Source: a virus
Lineage: Duplodnaviria; Caudoviricetes
DNA length: 64,000 nucleotides
Reading direction: 5' to 3' (one strand)
IMG/VR virus record: IMGVR_UViG_3300028626_000002
Location: 61,327 to 125,326 of that record
Both the position numbers and the translations under genes were made by a program. The notes below the pieces were generated by a model. It was not told the DNA's origin and ran no database searches. It saw only the letters and a program-made list of their open reading frames with translations. Numbering within the stretch: the first letter of the stretch is position 1; each line of letters opens with the position of its first letter. Shown here piece after piece: positions 48,081 through 57,742 of the stretch.

Positions 48081-48398
48081 ATGAAGCTCACGGCCATCAT
48101 CGACGTCGGCGAGCTCTACGCCATCGTCGCCTTCGGCCAGCGCTCCTACCCCAAGGTCTACGTCGGCAGCCTGGAGGACCTCCGTCCCCGGCTGTACAAG
48201 CTGCTGATGGAGTGGTCCGCCACGCACATGTACACCAAGCAGCTCAACGCTGCCTGCCAGCGCGTGCAGGACAAGCTCCTCCACGAGTCCCCCGAGCTCG
48301 CGTACGACGAGTACACGTGCGTGTTCCAGTCGGGCGAGCATCCGCCCATCTCGCAGACCCTCTGGTTCGAGGGCGTCTCCGAGAACTCCGACGAGTGA
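48081..48398 (+). CDS. hypothetical protein
   Basis: AGGAG SD. Confidence 0.6.
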   Translation: MKLTAIIDVGELYAIVAFGQRSYPKVYVGSLEDLRPRLYKLLMEWSATHMYTKQLNAACQRVQDKLLHESPELAYDEYTCVFQSGEHPPISQTLWFEGVSENSDE

Positions 48399-48538
48399 CT
48401 CCTCGCTGCCCCACCTAGTCCCCCTCCACTACGTGGAGGGTGGACTGGTGGAGCGGTTGAACGTGACACGAAGCGGTACAAGAGGTACGTCGGGGTTTCC
48501 CCCAGTCCGTTTCGTTCATCCGGCCTGAAAAGCTGTGT

Positions 48539-49406
48539 GGAACCGCAGGGTTAGGTACGGATAGGCACGGGTAGGCGTGTCGAGTCGTGGGTCGAAGCAG
48601 CACTGGCAAGGCAAGCTGGGGCATCGGGCAGGCTTGGTCAGGTGCGGCATGTCGTGGGTCAAAGCAGCCGGGGGAAGGCCCGGCCCGGCGGGGCAAGTCG
48701 GGGTCTGGTAAGTCCGGGGCTGGAGAGGCTAGGCGTGGGTCAAACGTCGTGTGGAGGCTGGGCCAGGTGCGGTGAGGCGCGGCTTGGTGCGGCGGGGCGC
48801 GGTATGGGTCAAACGTCGTGTAGAGGCTGGGCGCGGCTCGGCTCGGCATGCCACTGCACGGGACGGTTCGGCAAGGCGAGGGTCCAAGTCATCAACGGCC
48901 GGGGTAGGGTTGGCCGGGTGGGGCTTGGCGAGTGAAGGCAAGTCGGGGCATCGGCACGGCGTGGGTCGAATCACCTGGTGGCCAGGCACGCGATGGCGCG
49001 TTGGGCCAGGGCGGGTGGTGGTGCGGAAAGGCAGGGCAGGGGTCGAACACCTACGAAAGGCCTGGCGGGGCACGTCCTGGCTAGGCTCGGGTGGGCGTGG
49101 ATGGGTCGGGCAAGGGTCAAAGCACCCCCGGGGCCAGGCTGGGCGACCGATGGGACGGCTGGTCGAGGGGAGGCATGGGTCGAAACCACCGGCGGCAGGT
49201 CTAGGGTCGGTCGGGCACGCCACGGGTTGGAATGGCTGGGCATGGGTCGAAACGTCTCCAGGCTAGGCTCGTGAGGGCTGGGCTTGGGCTGGCGTGGAAG
49301 TGCTTGGCGTGGGTCGAATCCTGTGGCGGCATGACAAGGCCGGGGCAGGTAAGCCGTCGGTGTGGGTTGGGCTGGCTGGGCCCGGAGTGGTCGGGCATGG
49401 GTCAAA
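48539..49406 (+). repeat. array of 12 units of GG(Y)-NN pentamers, each closed by GGGTCRAA; candidate guide-RNA array (VIPR-like)
   Basis: GGGTC(G/A/C)AA at 48589, 48656, 48737, 48806, 48880, 48963, 49040, 49114, 49177, 49244, 49311 and 49399; 9-14 in-register pentamers precede each. Confidence 0.85.
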
Positions 49407-49584
49407 CGAGTACTCAAGTCATTCCAGAGCGAACGTCTACTACCTACGGTAGTAGAGCCAGGGACCAAAGGAGTAGAACCGCCCGTCCGCAGCGGCTGCA
49501 TGCACACGCGCAGGTGCCCTCAGGCACGAGTCGCAAGGGTGCACACGCAGGCACGACGGAGGGCGCACGGAGGATCGTGACGAG

Positions 49585-50571
49585 ATGGAAGAGAAGGATT
49601 TCCTGCCCCAGGTCAAGGGTTCGCTCGAGTCGCTCATCGGGTCGGTTGACCTGTACGTCCAGCGGGAGCGGCCCACGGCCACCGAGTACGACGAGATGCA
49701 CAACGGCCTGCAGTACCTGATCAACCTGGTCGACACACGCCTGACCACCGCGGCGCGCGCGCAGGAGGTCTCCACCCTTAGCGCCCAGGCGCGCATGGCC
49801 ATCGCAGAGGGCAGGTTCACGGAGGCCAACCGCATCACCCAGCGCCTGATGGAGCTGACCGGCGAAGTGGACGAGGTCGTGGTCACCCCCGAACCGGTTC
49901 CGGCGCCCCCGGCGCTCAACGACACCTCGATGGGGTCCTCGAGGCCCCTGCCGCCCACCCCCGTCCCCACGTCGGTCACGCCCAATCCCTTCCCCAGGCC
50001 GGACGCGCCGGGCATCCCGCCCGAGACGGTCCGGGCCTGGTCCACGGCGGTCGCCATCCCGCTCTTCAACTGCAGCCCCCACGTCATGCGGCGCCTGATC
50101 AAGCGGTGCGACCTCCGCGTGGGGACGGACTACGGAAGGAAGGGCTCGGCGCTGTTCTTCACCGAGAGCGGCCTGCGCAAGGCGTGGGCCACGTCGTCCT
50201 ACGCCACCCGGGACAACCTCGAGTTCCCCGAGAACGTGCTGAAGAACCTCAAGGGGTGCCTGAAGTTCCAGGTGGCCGGCAACATCGTCATGGACGCGTG
50301 GCTGCCGCTGGAGCCCTTCGAGCACCACCCGACCACGAAGATGCCGGAGGGCTACCTCCCCGCGGCCAAGGTCCTGGGCGGGCGGTTCAAGACCTGGGAC
50401 TCCTACCTGCCCCTGGTGATGGACACCAAGGTCTTCCACACCTGCAACTACAAGGGCTACTCCGGCAAGATGGTCATCATGCGGCCCGAGGACGCCGACC
50501 TCGTGGTCAAGCTGTTCACCCAGCGCATGACCAAGCTGAACAACGGCAAGCGGGAGGTCTTCCCCCGGTAG
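49585..50571 (+). CDS. hypothetical protein (helical N-terminus, Pro-rich linker, C-terminal domain)
   Basis: GGAGG SD, high GC3; first gene after the array. Confidence 0.75.
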   Translation: MEEKDFLPQVKGSLESLIGSVDLYVQRERPTATEYDEMHNGLQYLINLVDTRLTTAARAQEVSTLSAQARMAIAEGRFTEANRITQRLMELTGEVDEVVVTPEPVPAPPALNDTSMGSSRPLPPTPVPTSVTPNPFPRPDAPGIPPETVRAWSTAVAIPLFNCSPHVMRRLIKRCDLRVGTDYGRKGSALFFTESGLRKAWATSSYATRDNLEFPENVLKNLKGCLKFQVAGNIVMDAWLPLEPFEHHPTTKMPEGYLPAAKVLGGRFKTWDSYLPLVMDTKVFHTCNYKGYSGKMVIMRPEDADLVVKLFTQRMTKLNNGKREVFPR

Positions 50572-50697
50572 AAACATCCTTGTAGGGGGTATAAGAAGTT
50601 CGGAGGTGAACGCGTCGTCCCCCACATCCAGCAGCTCACGCTGTAGGGTGTGGGGGACGCCGTTCACTCCTAGACTTTTCGTTTTCAGAGGAGGGCC

Positions 50698-50895
50698 ATG
50701 CGCATGAGCAAGAAGATCCACCCGGGGCAGCTGTCGCTGCAGCTCGTGGTGGGCACGAGACCCTCGGTGACTGTCGAGTCTCCCACTCCCCCTAAAGGGG
50801 GAGGGGAGAAGCACTCGTTCACGGAGCGCATGCTCACCGCCGTCCTCCAGGAGGTGCGAGCCATGCGCAAGGAGCTGAGAGGGAAGGCGGCATGA
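50698..50895 (+). CDS. hypothetical protein
   Basis: short ORF after the GGTATAAGAA motif. Confidence 0.45.
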   Translation: MRMSKKIHPGQLSLQLVVGTRPSVTVESPTPPKGGGEKHSFTERMLTAVLQEVRAMRKELRGKAA

Positions 50896-51602
50896 AGGAG
50901 AGCTGGCAGTACCAGTACGACCCCGGGATGCAACGCGTCTTCAAGAAGCTCACGACGGAGGGAGGGCGCATCCACCCCGGGTGGTTCGCCTCAGAGGTGG
51001 ATGCACTACATGCCGCGATGGACTACTGCGAGGAGCAGCGGCTGGAGGCGGCGGAGCGGTACCGTCGCATGAATCGACACCTCGCGCAGCTGCTGGCTGA
51101 AGCCTCCCCACCTGTCTGGGCATGGGACCACCCCGGCATCATGGACGTGCTGCTGCTCGAGGGGCTGGAGCTGCGTGCGGAGACGTTCACCCCGCAGGGG
51201 CATCTCACGAGGCTCGAGCTGCGAGGCCATATCACAGCGAAGCGGTCGGCGGAGGCGGAGCGCATGGAGTCCCGATGCCCCGCGTGCAACCTCCACTACC
51301 GGCCCATCCGCCCGCGCAGGGCGGGCCCTCAGCGGGAGAACGCCCCGAGCGCCGGGCTGTACTTCACCGCGGCATGCCGCCCGTGCGACGACGGGTGCTG
51401 CAAGGGGGATAGGGCCAGCGCGCACATCCAGACCATGCGCATGCTTCTGGGTGCACGAACTGGGCAGCTCATCGAGTGGAGCATGTACCAGAAGGTCCTG
51501 CGGTGGAAGCTGATGCCGGAGGAGCTGATCCGGCAGTTCTCGTGCCTCCCGCCAACCGAGGCGGAGCTGCGGGAGTACGCGAGGAAGGAGGGGCTGGCAT
51601 GA
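50892..51602 (+). CDS. hypothetical protein with CxxC motifs
   Basis: ATGA coupling. Confidence 0.6.
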   Translation: MKESWQYQYDPGMQRVFKKLTTEGGRIHPGWFASEVDALHAAMDYCEEQRLEAAERYRRMNRHLAQLLAEASPPVWAWDHPGIMDVLLLEGLELRAETFTPQGHLTRLELRGHITAKRSAEAERMESRCPACNLHYRPIRPRRAGPQRENAPSAGLYFTAACRPCDDGCCKGDRASAHIQTMRMLLGARTGQLIEWSMYQKVLRWKLMPEELIRQFSCLPPTEAELREYARKEGLA

Positions 51603-51796
51603 GGCGGCTGTTCATCGCGCTGTTCTCGGGCTTCCGCTGGGCCCGCCGCCTCGTGGGCGGGAAGTGGGAGCTCTGGTGGGTGGATGCGCCGGTCTGCGCT
51701 GAGGTGTGGCACGATGTGGAGGAGTGGTCGTCGCGGACCGGCCGTCGGCCCACGTGCTTGTGCAGGGGCACCCCCCGCTGCGAGGAGTACGCATGA
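51599..51796 (+). CDS. hypothetical protein
   Basis: ATGA coupling. Confidence 0.5.
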   Translation: MRRLFIALFSGFRWARRLVGGKWELWWVDAPVCAEVWHDVEEWSSRTGRRPTCLCRGTPRCEEYA

Positions 51797-52098
51797 AGAT
51801 GATCCCGGAGTCCATCAACCACGTGCTCAACAGCGCCGGTGAGCACGTGGCGTACACCGTCAACGTCCACCCCGCGGTGGTGGGCCGTGCCGTCTACGAC
51901 GCGGCCAGCCAGCCGGGAGATGGCGTTGGCCAGCAGGCGTTGTTCTTCTGGGGGCTGTTCGACCAGATGCACCGGCGCCACCCGGACATGGCCCGTCAGA
52001 ACGTCTGGATGAGCAGTCTGGCCGAGAGGCTCGACCTGCCGGCTCGGCAGGCGCTGATCACGCTGGCCGGCCAGATCAAGAAGCTGGAGGACAAGTAG
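51793..52098 (+). CDS. hypothetical protein
   Basis: ATGA coupling. Confidence 0.55.
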   Translation: MKMIPESINHVLNSAGEHVAYTVNVHPAVVGRAVYDAASQPGDGVGQQALFFWGLFDQMHRRHPDMARQNVWMSSLAERLDLPARQALITLAGQIKKLEDK

Positions 52099-52446
52099 AT
52101 GGAGCAGGCCCCGAAGATCGAACCGCAGGCGGACAAACACGGGGTGCCGTGGTGCCCCCGCACCACTACCCGTTGCCAGGGTTGCCCCCACCATCTGCCC
52201 CGCGCAGGTGCGTTGTGCGAGGCCGCCGTCCGCGAGATGGCTCAAGAGAACGCCCAGCTGAACCACGCGGTCAAGTCCTGGAAGGCGGAAGAGGCGGACT
52301 GGAAGGAGACGGAGGCACAGCTGACCCGAGATAGGGACGAGGCCCGGTGTGTGGCAAGGGTGCTGGCGATGTTGCGTACCGGGCAGTGCGTCTCTGATGC
52401 GGACTGGGCGCACGCAATCGCCACCGTCGATTCGTGGGAGGAGTGA
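52099..52446 (+). CDS. hypothetical protein
   Basis: GGAGG SD. Confidence 0.55.
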   Translation: MEQAPKIEPQADKHGVPWCPRTTTRCQGCPHHLPRAGALCEAAVREMAQENAQLNHAVKSWKAEEADWKETEAQLTRDRDEARCVARVLAMLRTGQCVSDADWAHAIATVDSWEE

Positions 52447-52640
52447 TGAAACACCGCGCGCCAGCGCTGCCGTCATGCTACCAGCTGCGCCCTACCCCGT
52501 TCTGGAATCCCGTGGAGCGCACCCGTGGATGTCGGGACTGCCCCTTCAGGATGTCATGCAAGAACCCGGAAAACACGGGGATTGACGCGCAGCGGACCAT
52601 GGCAGACGTGAACGACTACGACCCATAGGAGGACAAGTAG

Positions 52641-53381
52641 ATGCGCATCCACCCGATGTCCGACACCCACTTCGAGCGTCTGTCCGACCACGGCAAGAAC
52701 TTCATCGACAGCCTGGACCCCACGGGCGTCGACGTCCTCGCCCTGGCCGGCGACATCGGGTGCAAGGTCAACAAGCTGGTCGACGGCCTCGAGCCCAGCC
52801 TGCGCATGCTCTGCGCCAAGTACCCCGAGGTCGTGTACGTGACCGGCAACCACGAGTTCTACTTCCACGGGCGGGCCAGCCTCGCCAAGGCGCTGCGCAA
52901 GGTGGCGAAGGACTGCCCGAACTTCCACCCGCTCGACAACGGCGTCTGGGAGCACAAGGGCGTGCGCTTCCTCGGCACCACGCTGTGGTTCCCGGACGAC
53001 CCCAACGCGGCAGCGCTGCGCGCCAGCTGACCCGACTTCCAGTACGTCCCCGACCTGCGGGACTGGGTGTACAACGTCAACCGTGAGTCGACGGCATGGC
53101 TCTACGCGACGATGCTGCCCGGGGACGTGGTCATCACCCACCACCTGCCCAGCTGGCAGTGCGTGGACCGGAAGTACCTGGGCGATCCCAGGAACGCGTT
53201 CTACGTGACCAACCTGCCGGCCCTGATCGCAGCGGCCCGGCCGGCCGTGTGGATTCACGGGCGTGCCCACACCCACTTCGACAAGCTGCTGGGGGACACC
53301 CGAATCGTGCGCAACCCGTTCGGCTACCTGGACCTGGGCGAGCAGAGCGGGTACAAGAAGGACATGTTCATCGACCTGTAG
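52641..53381 (+). CDS. calcineurin-like metallophosphoesterase interrupted by an in-frame TGA (53028-53030): readthrough gene or pseudogene
   Basis: MSDTHFE, LAGDIG, VTGNHEFY, GTTLW before the stop; PDF, VITHHLPS, WIHGRAH, NPFGY after it in the same frame. Confidence 0.8.
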
Positions 53382-53389
53382 GAGGAGCT

Positions 53390-53662
53390 GTGGACATCAA
53401 GGCCGAGTACCTGAAGTGCCTGCGTCGGCTGCACCTGGTCAGCCTGGGTATCTACCCGTTCTACGAGTTCGGGACGTGGTCCGTGAAGTACGTCGACCTG
53501 GCCGAGTACATCCCCGAGGGCTACACCAGGCTGACGCTCGAGAACTGGTGGGACCAGTGCCGCCCCACCATGGAGGAGATGCTCGACGACACCTGGAAGC
53601 TGCTCGAGGGGGCGGGCTACGTGCACGACAAGCCCGAGTGGCTCGAGGCGGTCAAGGGCTGA
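53390..53662 (+). CDS. hypothetical protein
   Basis: GGAGGAG SD with GTG start. Confidence 0.6.
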   Translation: MDIKAEYLKCLRRLHLVSLGIYPFYEFGTWSVKYVDLAEYIPEGYTRLTLENWWDQCRPTMEEMLDDTWKLLEGAGYVHDKPEWLEAVKG

Positions 53663-53669
53663 CCGTCAT

Positions 53670-53744
53670 CCTCCCGTAGCTCAACCAGGTTAGAGCAGCG
53701 GTCTTCAAAACCGCCGGTTGCGGGTTCAACTCCCGCCGGGGGGA
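53670..53744 (+). tRNA. tRNA with UCA anticodon (opal suppressor, tRNA-Trp-like); CCA not encoded
   Basis: acceptor CCTCCCG/CGGGGGG, D-arm GCTC/GAGC, anticodon arm GCGGT-CTTCAAA-ACCGC, 5-nt variable loop, T-arm GCGGG-TTCAACT-CCCGC, ends A-CCT. Confidence 0.9.
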
Positions 53745-53769
53745 CCTACTCTCCACTGCGAGGTACCTC

Positions 53770-54162
53770 GTGAAGATCCACTTCTCCTTGCACTGCACGT
53801 GCGGCGCGCACTGGAGCGGCAACACGAAGCCGTCGGTGTTTCAGGTCTTCCAGGACAGCTGGCGCAGGAGGCACGCTGGTCCGGGGCACAGGGTGTACTG
53901 CCCCTGGAAAACGTGGGACAAGAAGGACGGGCACGCGGAACCCACCCCCGCCGCCGAGCCGCCCCTCAGCGGGGTCGTGGTGTACGTGACCCGGTCCAAC
54001 GACTGGGGCGTGGCCGCCATGGCCTACGACTTCGACGGCCGTCACGGCTACACGGGCCTGGCGTTCCACGGAGGCAGGGACCTGGTCGTCCAGCTGACCT
54101 GCGAGCTGGCCGAGGAGGCCTTCAAGCTCGCCACCAACAACTGCAAGGAGGAGACCCCGTGA
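53770..54162 (+). CDS. hypothetical protein
   Basis: GAGG SD. Confidence 0.55.
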   Translation: MKIHFSLHCTCGAHWSGNTKPSVFQVFQDSWRRRHAGPGHRVYCPWKTWDKKDGHAEPTPAAEPPLSGVVVYVTRSNDWGVAAMAYDFDGRHGYTGLAFHGGRDLVVQLTCELAEEAFKLATNNCKEETP

Positions 54163-54656
54163 GCAAGCCGCTGATCCCCCCGGACTACGACTGCTGCCAG
54201 GCCGAAAAGCCGGCCGGTCACAGCTTCATGACGCTGGGCGGCGTCGTCGGCGCCATGGTGCGCTGCACGAACAAGCCGGCGTTCATCGTCTCCGAGGTCA
54301 AGCCCGGCAAGGACGGGCAGTGCGGGTCCATGTCGCTCTGCACCAAGTGCCTGGAGGTCTTCAAGAAGCAGGTCGGCGGCGAGGCCTACATGGCGGAGTA
54401 CCGCGTCACCGAGGCCATCAAGCCGCTCACCACGGCCGAGCTGCTGGAGGCCATGGAGGCCGCGTCCAGCTCGCTGTTCCAGGCCGGCAGCGTTCACACG
54501 GCCGATCTCCTCCGCAACGCCCGGGCCCTGCTGGAGCGCTACGAGAAGGCGCGCGCGGACCTGAGCGTCATGGTCGACGGCACCTCGAGCCCCGACAAGC
54601 CCTGGGGCTACACCCTGGCGGACGCGGTCAAGGCGTTCCTGGCGAGGACGGCATGA
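54159..54656 (+). CDS. hypothetical Cys-containing protein
   Basis: GTGA coupling. Confidence 0.6.
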   Translation: MSKPLIPPDYDCCQAEKPAGHSFMTLGGVVGAMVRCTNKPAFIVSEVKPGKDGQCGSMSLCTKCLEVFKKQVGGEAYMAEYRVTEAIKPLTTAELLEAMEAASSSLFQAGSVHTADLLRNARALLERYEKARADLSVMVDGTSSPDKPWGYTLADAVKAFLARTA

Positions 54657-55267
54657 GCCACGCGCTGTGCGTGTTCAAGGTCACGGGCGCCACGAGCTGG
54701 AAGGAGGCCCGCGAGATCGTCAACGGGGCCTGCGAGGAGGCGGGGGACGAGAACAACTGGTTCACCATCCTCGAGACCCACGACTTCAAGGCGGGCCGCG
54801 TCTACGGCCCCAAGCGCGAGAAGGGCGAGGAGCCCCGTGAGTACCACGACGAGGCCTGGTGGGACCACTTCGCCACCAGGCTGACGGTCTTCGAGTTGCT
54901 GTCCGCGGCCCCCAAGGACGCCGGCGGCATCAGCGCGTACTTCACCCCCGAGGACCACCATAAGCGTGTGGAGGAGCTGACCGACAAGGTCGTGGAGGAC
55001 AAGGACCTCTTCTACCAGACGGCCGTCGACGTCGGCAAGGCCATCCTGAACGAGGGGCCCGACAAGACGATCCCCTCCGCGCCTTACAGCATGGTGGGCT
55101 ACCGCCTGGAGAAGGTCGCGCGCGCCCTCGGCATGTACCCGGACAGCTTCCCCTGGAAGGAGGGCGCCTACTCGGGCGACTTCTACAACTACCGCACGTT
55201 CCGCCTGGAAGGCGACGGCTGCGAGGGGGAGAAGACGTTCGTGGTCACGGCCGACGTCCATAGTTAG
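54653..55267 (+). CDS. hypothetical protein
   Basis: ATGA coupling. Confidence 0.65.
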   Translation: MSHALCVFKVTGATSWKEAREIVNGACEEAGDENNWFTILETHDFKAGRVYGPKREKGEEPREYHDEAWWDHFATRLTVFELLSAAPKDAGGISAYFTPEDHHKRVEELTDKVVEDKDLFYQTAVDVGKAILNEGPDKTIPSAPYSMVGYRLEKVARALGMYPDSFPWKEGAYSGDFYNYRTFRLEGDGCEGEKTFVVTADVHS

Positions 55268-55317
55268 GTGTTGTTCACCTCCCGTGCCACATGATACACT
55301 GCAGCTGGAGGTGAGTG

Positions 55318-55830
55318 ATGACCAGCGCCTGCAACATCTGCAAGAAGAGCCCAGCGACGGAAGGCAGGAAGACCTGTGCGCCTTGCCGTGACAAGCGCAA
55401 TGAGTACATGCGGAAGTACGCTGCGGAGCGCCCTGACCTGCAGGCCGCCAACCGCCGCCGGCTCGACGCATGGGGGGCCAACCCAGAGAACAAGAAGCGG
55501 TGGAAGAAGAAGCGGTACGAGCAGCGGACCGCCCTGCGCCAGGAGGCCATGCAGGCGTATGGGGGAGGGCGGTGCAAGTGTTGCGGCTGCGCCGAGCCGG
55601 AGTGGCTCACCCTGCGTCATGTGAACAACGACGGCAAGGAGCACCGCCTGGAGGTCTGCGGCCCCAACCAGGAGACGGGGTGGGCGTTCTACCGCAAGCT
55701 GAAGAAGCTGGGGTGGCCGAAGGACCGTCACATTGAGGTCTGGTGCTACAACTGCCACTTCGCCAAGGAGAAATTCGGGCGCTGCCCGCACGAACACGAC
55801 CGAGAGTACGAAGGGTACCTAAACACGTGA
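55318..55830 (+). CDS. HNH-type (Zn-finger) homing endonuclease-like protein
   Basis: CNIC..CAPC, CKCCG..LTLRHVNNDG..WCYNCH; own TACACT -10 element. Confidence 0.7.
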   Translation: MTSACNICKKSPATEGRKTCAPCRDKRNEYMRKYAAERPDLQAANRRRLDAWGANPENKKRWKKKRYEQRTALRQEAMQAYGGGRCKCCGCAEPEWLTLRHVNNDGKEHRLEVCGPNQETGWAFYRKLKKLGWPKDRHIEVWCYNCHFAKEKFGRCPHEHDREYEGYLNT

Positions 55831-55966
55831 GGAGCATCATGAGCAGGCCCAACGACATCATCGACGCCCTGGTGCTGCAGGTCATCGGCGAAGGCTGCAA
55901 CGAGGCCAGCACGCTGGAGGCCCGCCTGCAGTGGGCAGCCGAACACCCCGAAGGAGGAGAGACGAC

Positions 55967-56362
55967 ATGAGGGCCATCACCGAGATCCGTACCACCATCC
56001 CGAAGGCCGCGCTGCTGTCGAAGCTGCACGAGAACCGCATCAACCACCGGCGCATCGTCGAGGAGGCCCGCGACGGCTACCTCAAGCGCGCCCAGACCGC
56101 CCTCGAGGCCCGCATGAAGCAGCTGGCCAGCGGCGAGATCGTCGCCCTGCACTTCGACCTGCAGCTGCCGCAGGACTACACGAAGGAGTACGACACCGTC
56201 ATCGGCATGCTCGAGATGGGCACCGACACGGAGATCACGCTGTCGGCCTCCGAGTACCGCACCCTCGTCGAGGACGAGTGGGACTGGCTGCACTCGTTCC
56301 TGGCGTCGAACGCCGGCTACTCGATGACCGCAGTCAAGACGGCCAAGGCGAAGGGCTGGTAG
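55967..56362 (+). CDS. hypothetical phage protein
   Basis: EYDTVIGMLEM..DEWDW. Confidence 0.7.
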   Translation: MRAITEIRTTIPKAALLSKLHENRINHRRIVEEARDGYLKRAQTALEARMKQLASGEIVALHFDLQLPQDYTKEYDTVIGMLEMGTDTEITLSASEYRTLVEDEWDWLHSFLASNAGYSMTAVKTAKAKGW

Positions 56363-56758
56363 CCGCCGTGAAGCGGCACATGAGCAGCCACCCCGGCCGC
56401 AAGCAGCCCGTGGAGAAGCGCTACACCACGCCGAACGAGCGCAAGACCCCCAAGTCAACCAAGTGCTTCTGGTGCGGCAAGGAGGTCGGCCTGAAGCGCG
56501 GCCGCTACCAGCCGCATCTCACCGCCGGCGGAGTCCAGTGCGTGGGCAACGGCATGGAGTGGCACGCCTGGCACCAGAAGAAGGAGCCCACGGCTTGACA
56601 CCCGCCCAGGAGGAGTTACAGTACTACCATGAACACGCACCCACAGTTCTGGTGAATCCCCCCAGCACGCGGACCTCCGCTGCGAGCTGAAGACCCCCTA
56701 CGCACTCCGGGAGCAGGTGCTCCCGGAGGTGTCCTTCAACTCGTGACTGGAGCTCCAC

Positions 56759-57247
56759 ATGTACCGCGATGCCATTTTCAAGATCCGCTTCGAGACCAAG
56801 GCCGTCGTCAGCAGCATCCGCTCCCACAGGGCGGAGTTCAGCCGGGCGAAGACCGCCGCCTCCGAGGCGAGGTCCCAGCTGAAGACGTACAAGGTCAAGG
56901 CCATGTCGTTCGCCGTGCCGGAGTACGGGCCCGAGCGTACCCGGCTGGAGAAGATGCTGCGTGACGAGATGTCCGCCATGGTCAACGCCAGGTCGAGCAA
57001 GCTCGATTTGCGCTGGATCGCCAGGTACCTGCACCTGGCCCTGGCCTACACCCGGGGCAAGCGCTACGACACCTGCGAGCAGAAGTGCAAGACCCAGGTG
57101 GACCCCACCATCCTCGAGCGCACTCTGCGCAACGCGGGCGTGTCCAACGAGCACGCCTGTGTGAGCAACATCAGGCTCTGGCTGAAGGGCGAGTTCATCC
57201 TGGCCCGGCCCGAGAAGCAGCCCGAGCCCGTCGCCGCGGTGGCGTAG
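56759..57247 (+). CDS. hypothetical phage protein
   Basis: RYLHLALAYTRGKRY..CE. Confidence 0.65.
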   Translation: MYRDAIFKIRFETKAVVSSIRSHRAEFSRAKTAASEARSQLKTYKVKAMSFAVPEYGPERTRLEKMLRDEMSAMVNARSSKLDLRWIARYLHLALAYTRGKRYDTCEQKCKTQVDPTILERTLRNAGVSNEHACVSNIRLWLKGEFILARPEKQPEPVAAVA

Positions 57248-57279
57248 GGCTCCGTCACCCCCGCATTGAGGAGTACGCC

Positions 57280-57582
57280 GTGCCCGCGAAGAAGAAGCCC
57301 GTGATCCCCGAGACCGTGAAGGTCCGCGTGGCCGTCATGGTCGACAAGAGCGGTGCCTGGGCCTGCTGGCCGGTCGAGGACCCGAACGGAGACTACGACC
57401 AGGCGACGCGCGACGCCGACGCGTTCAACGACTGCAGCTACGACATCAGCGACCCCGACAGCGCCGCAAGGTACGTCGTGACCGCCGAGCTGGCGGTGCC
57501 GAAGGGGACGCTGGAGGTCCCGGGTTCCGCCGAGAAGCCGGCGGAGCCGGAGCCCAAGCCCGCCAAGAAGGGCAAGAAGTAG
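57280..57582 (+). CDS. hypothetical protein
   Basis: GAGGAG SD with GTG start. Confidence 0.6.
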   Translation: MPAKKKPVIPETVKVRVAVMVDKSGAWACWPVEDPNGDYDQATRDADAFNDCSYDISDPDSAARYVVTAELAVPKGTLEVPGSAEKPAEPEPKPAKKGKK

Positions 57583-57742
57583 CCCGTCTGCCCGCCGTCG
57601 GTGTCTCCCACGTGGAGGCGCCGACGGCGGGCAGTTCCCGGTTTCTCTCCACTGTAACATGGCATAAGAACTAAGGAAAGGAGAGACGCTCGTCGGCACG
57701 GTGTCGGCAGGCCCAGCTCTCCTTGCAGCGCAGGAGTACACC

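Noticed and set aside
48539-49406. Classical CRISPR array
   Set aside because: The constant element is only about 8-13 nt, the 'spacers' are themselves patterned pentamers, and there are no cas genes in the window.
48415-49720. Several ORFs on both strands across the G-rich array
   Set aside because: They are low-complexity G/R/A/W or P-rich translations without SD or codon bias, and the underlying period is 5 nt rather than 3.
53670-53744. tRNA-Sec
   Set aside because: It has a short variable loop and a 7-bp acceptor stem, and no sel genes were seen.
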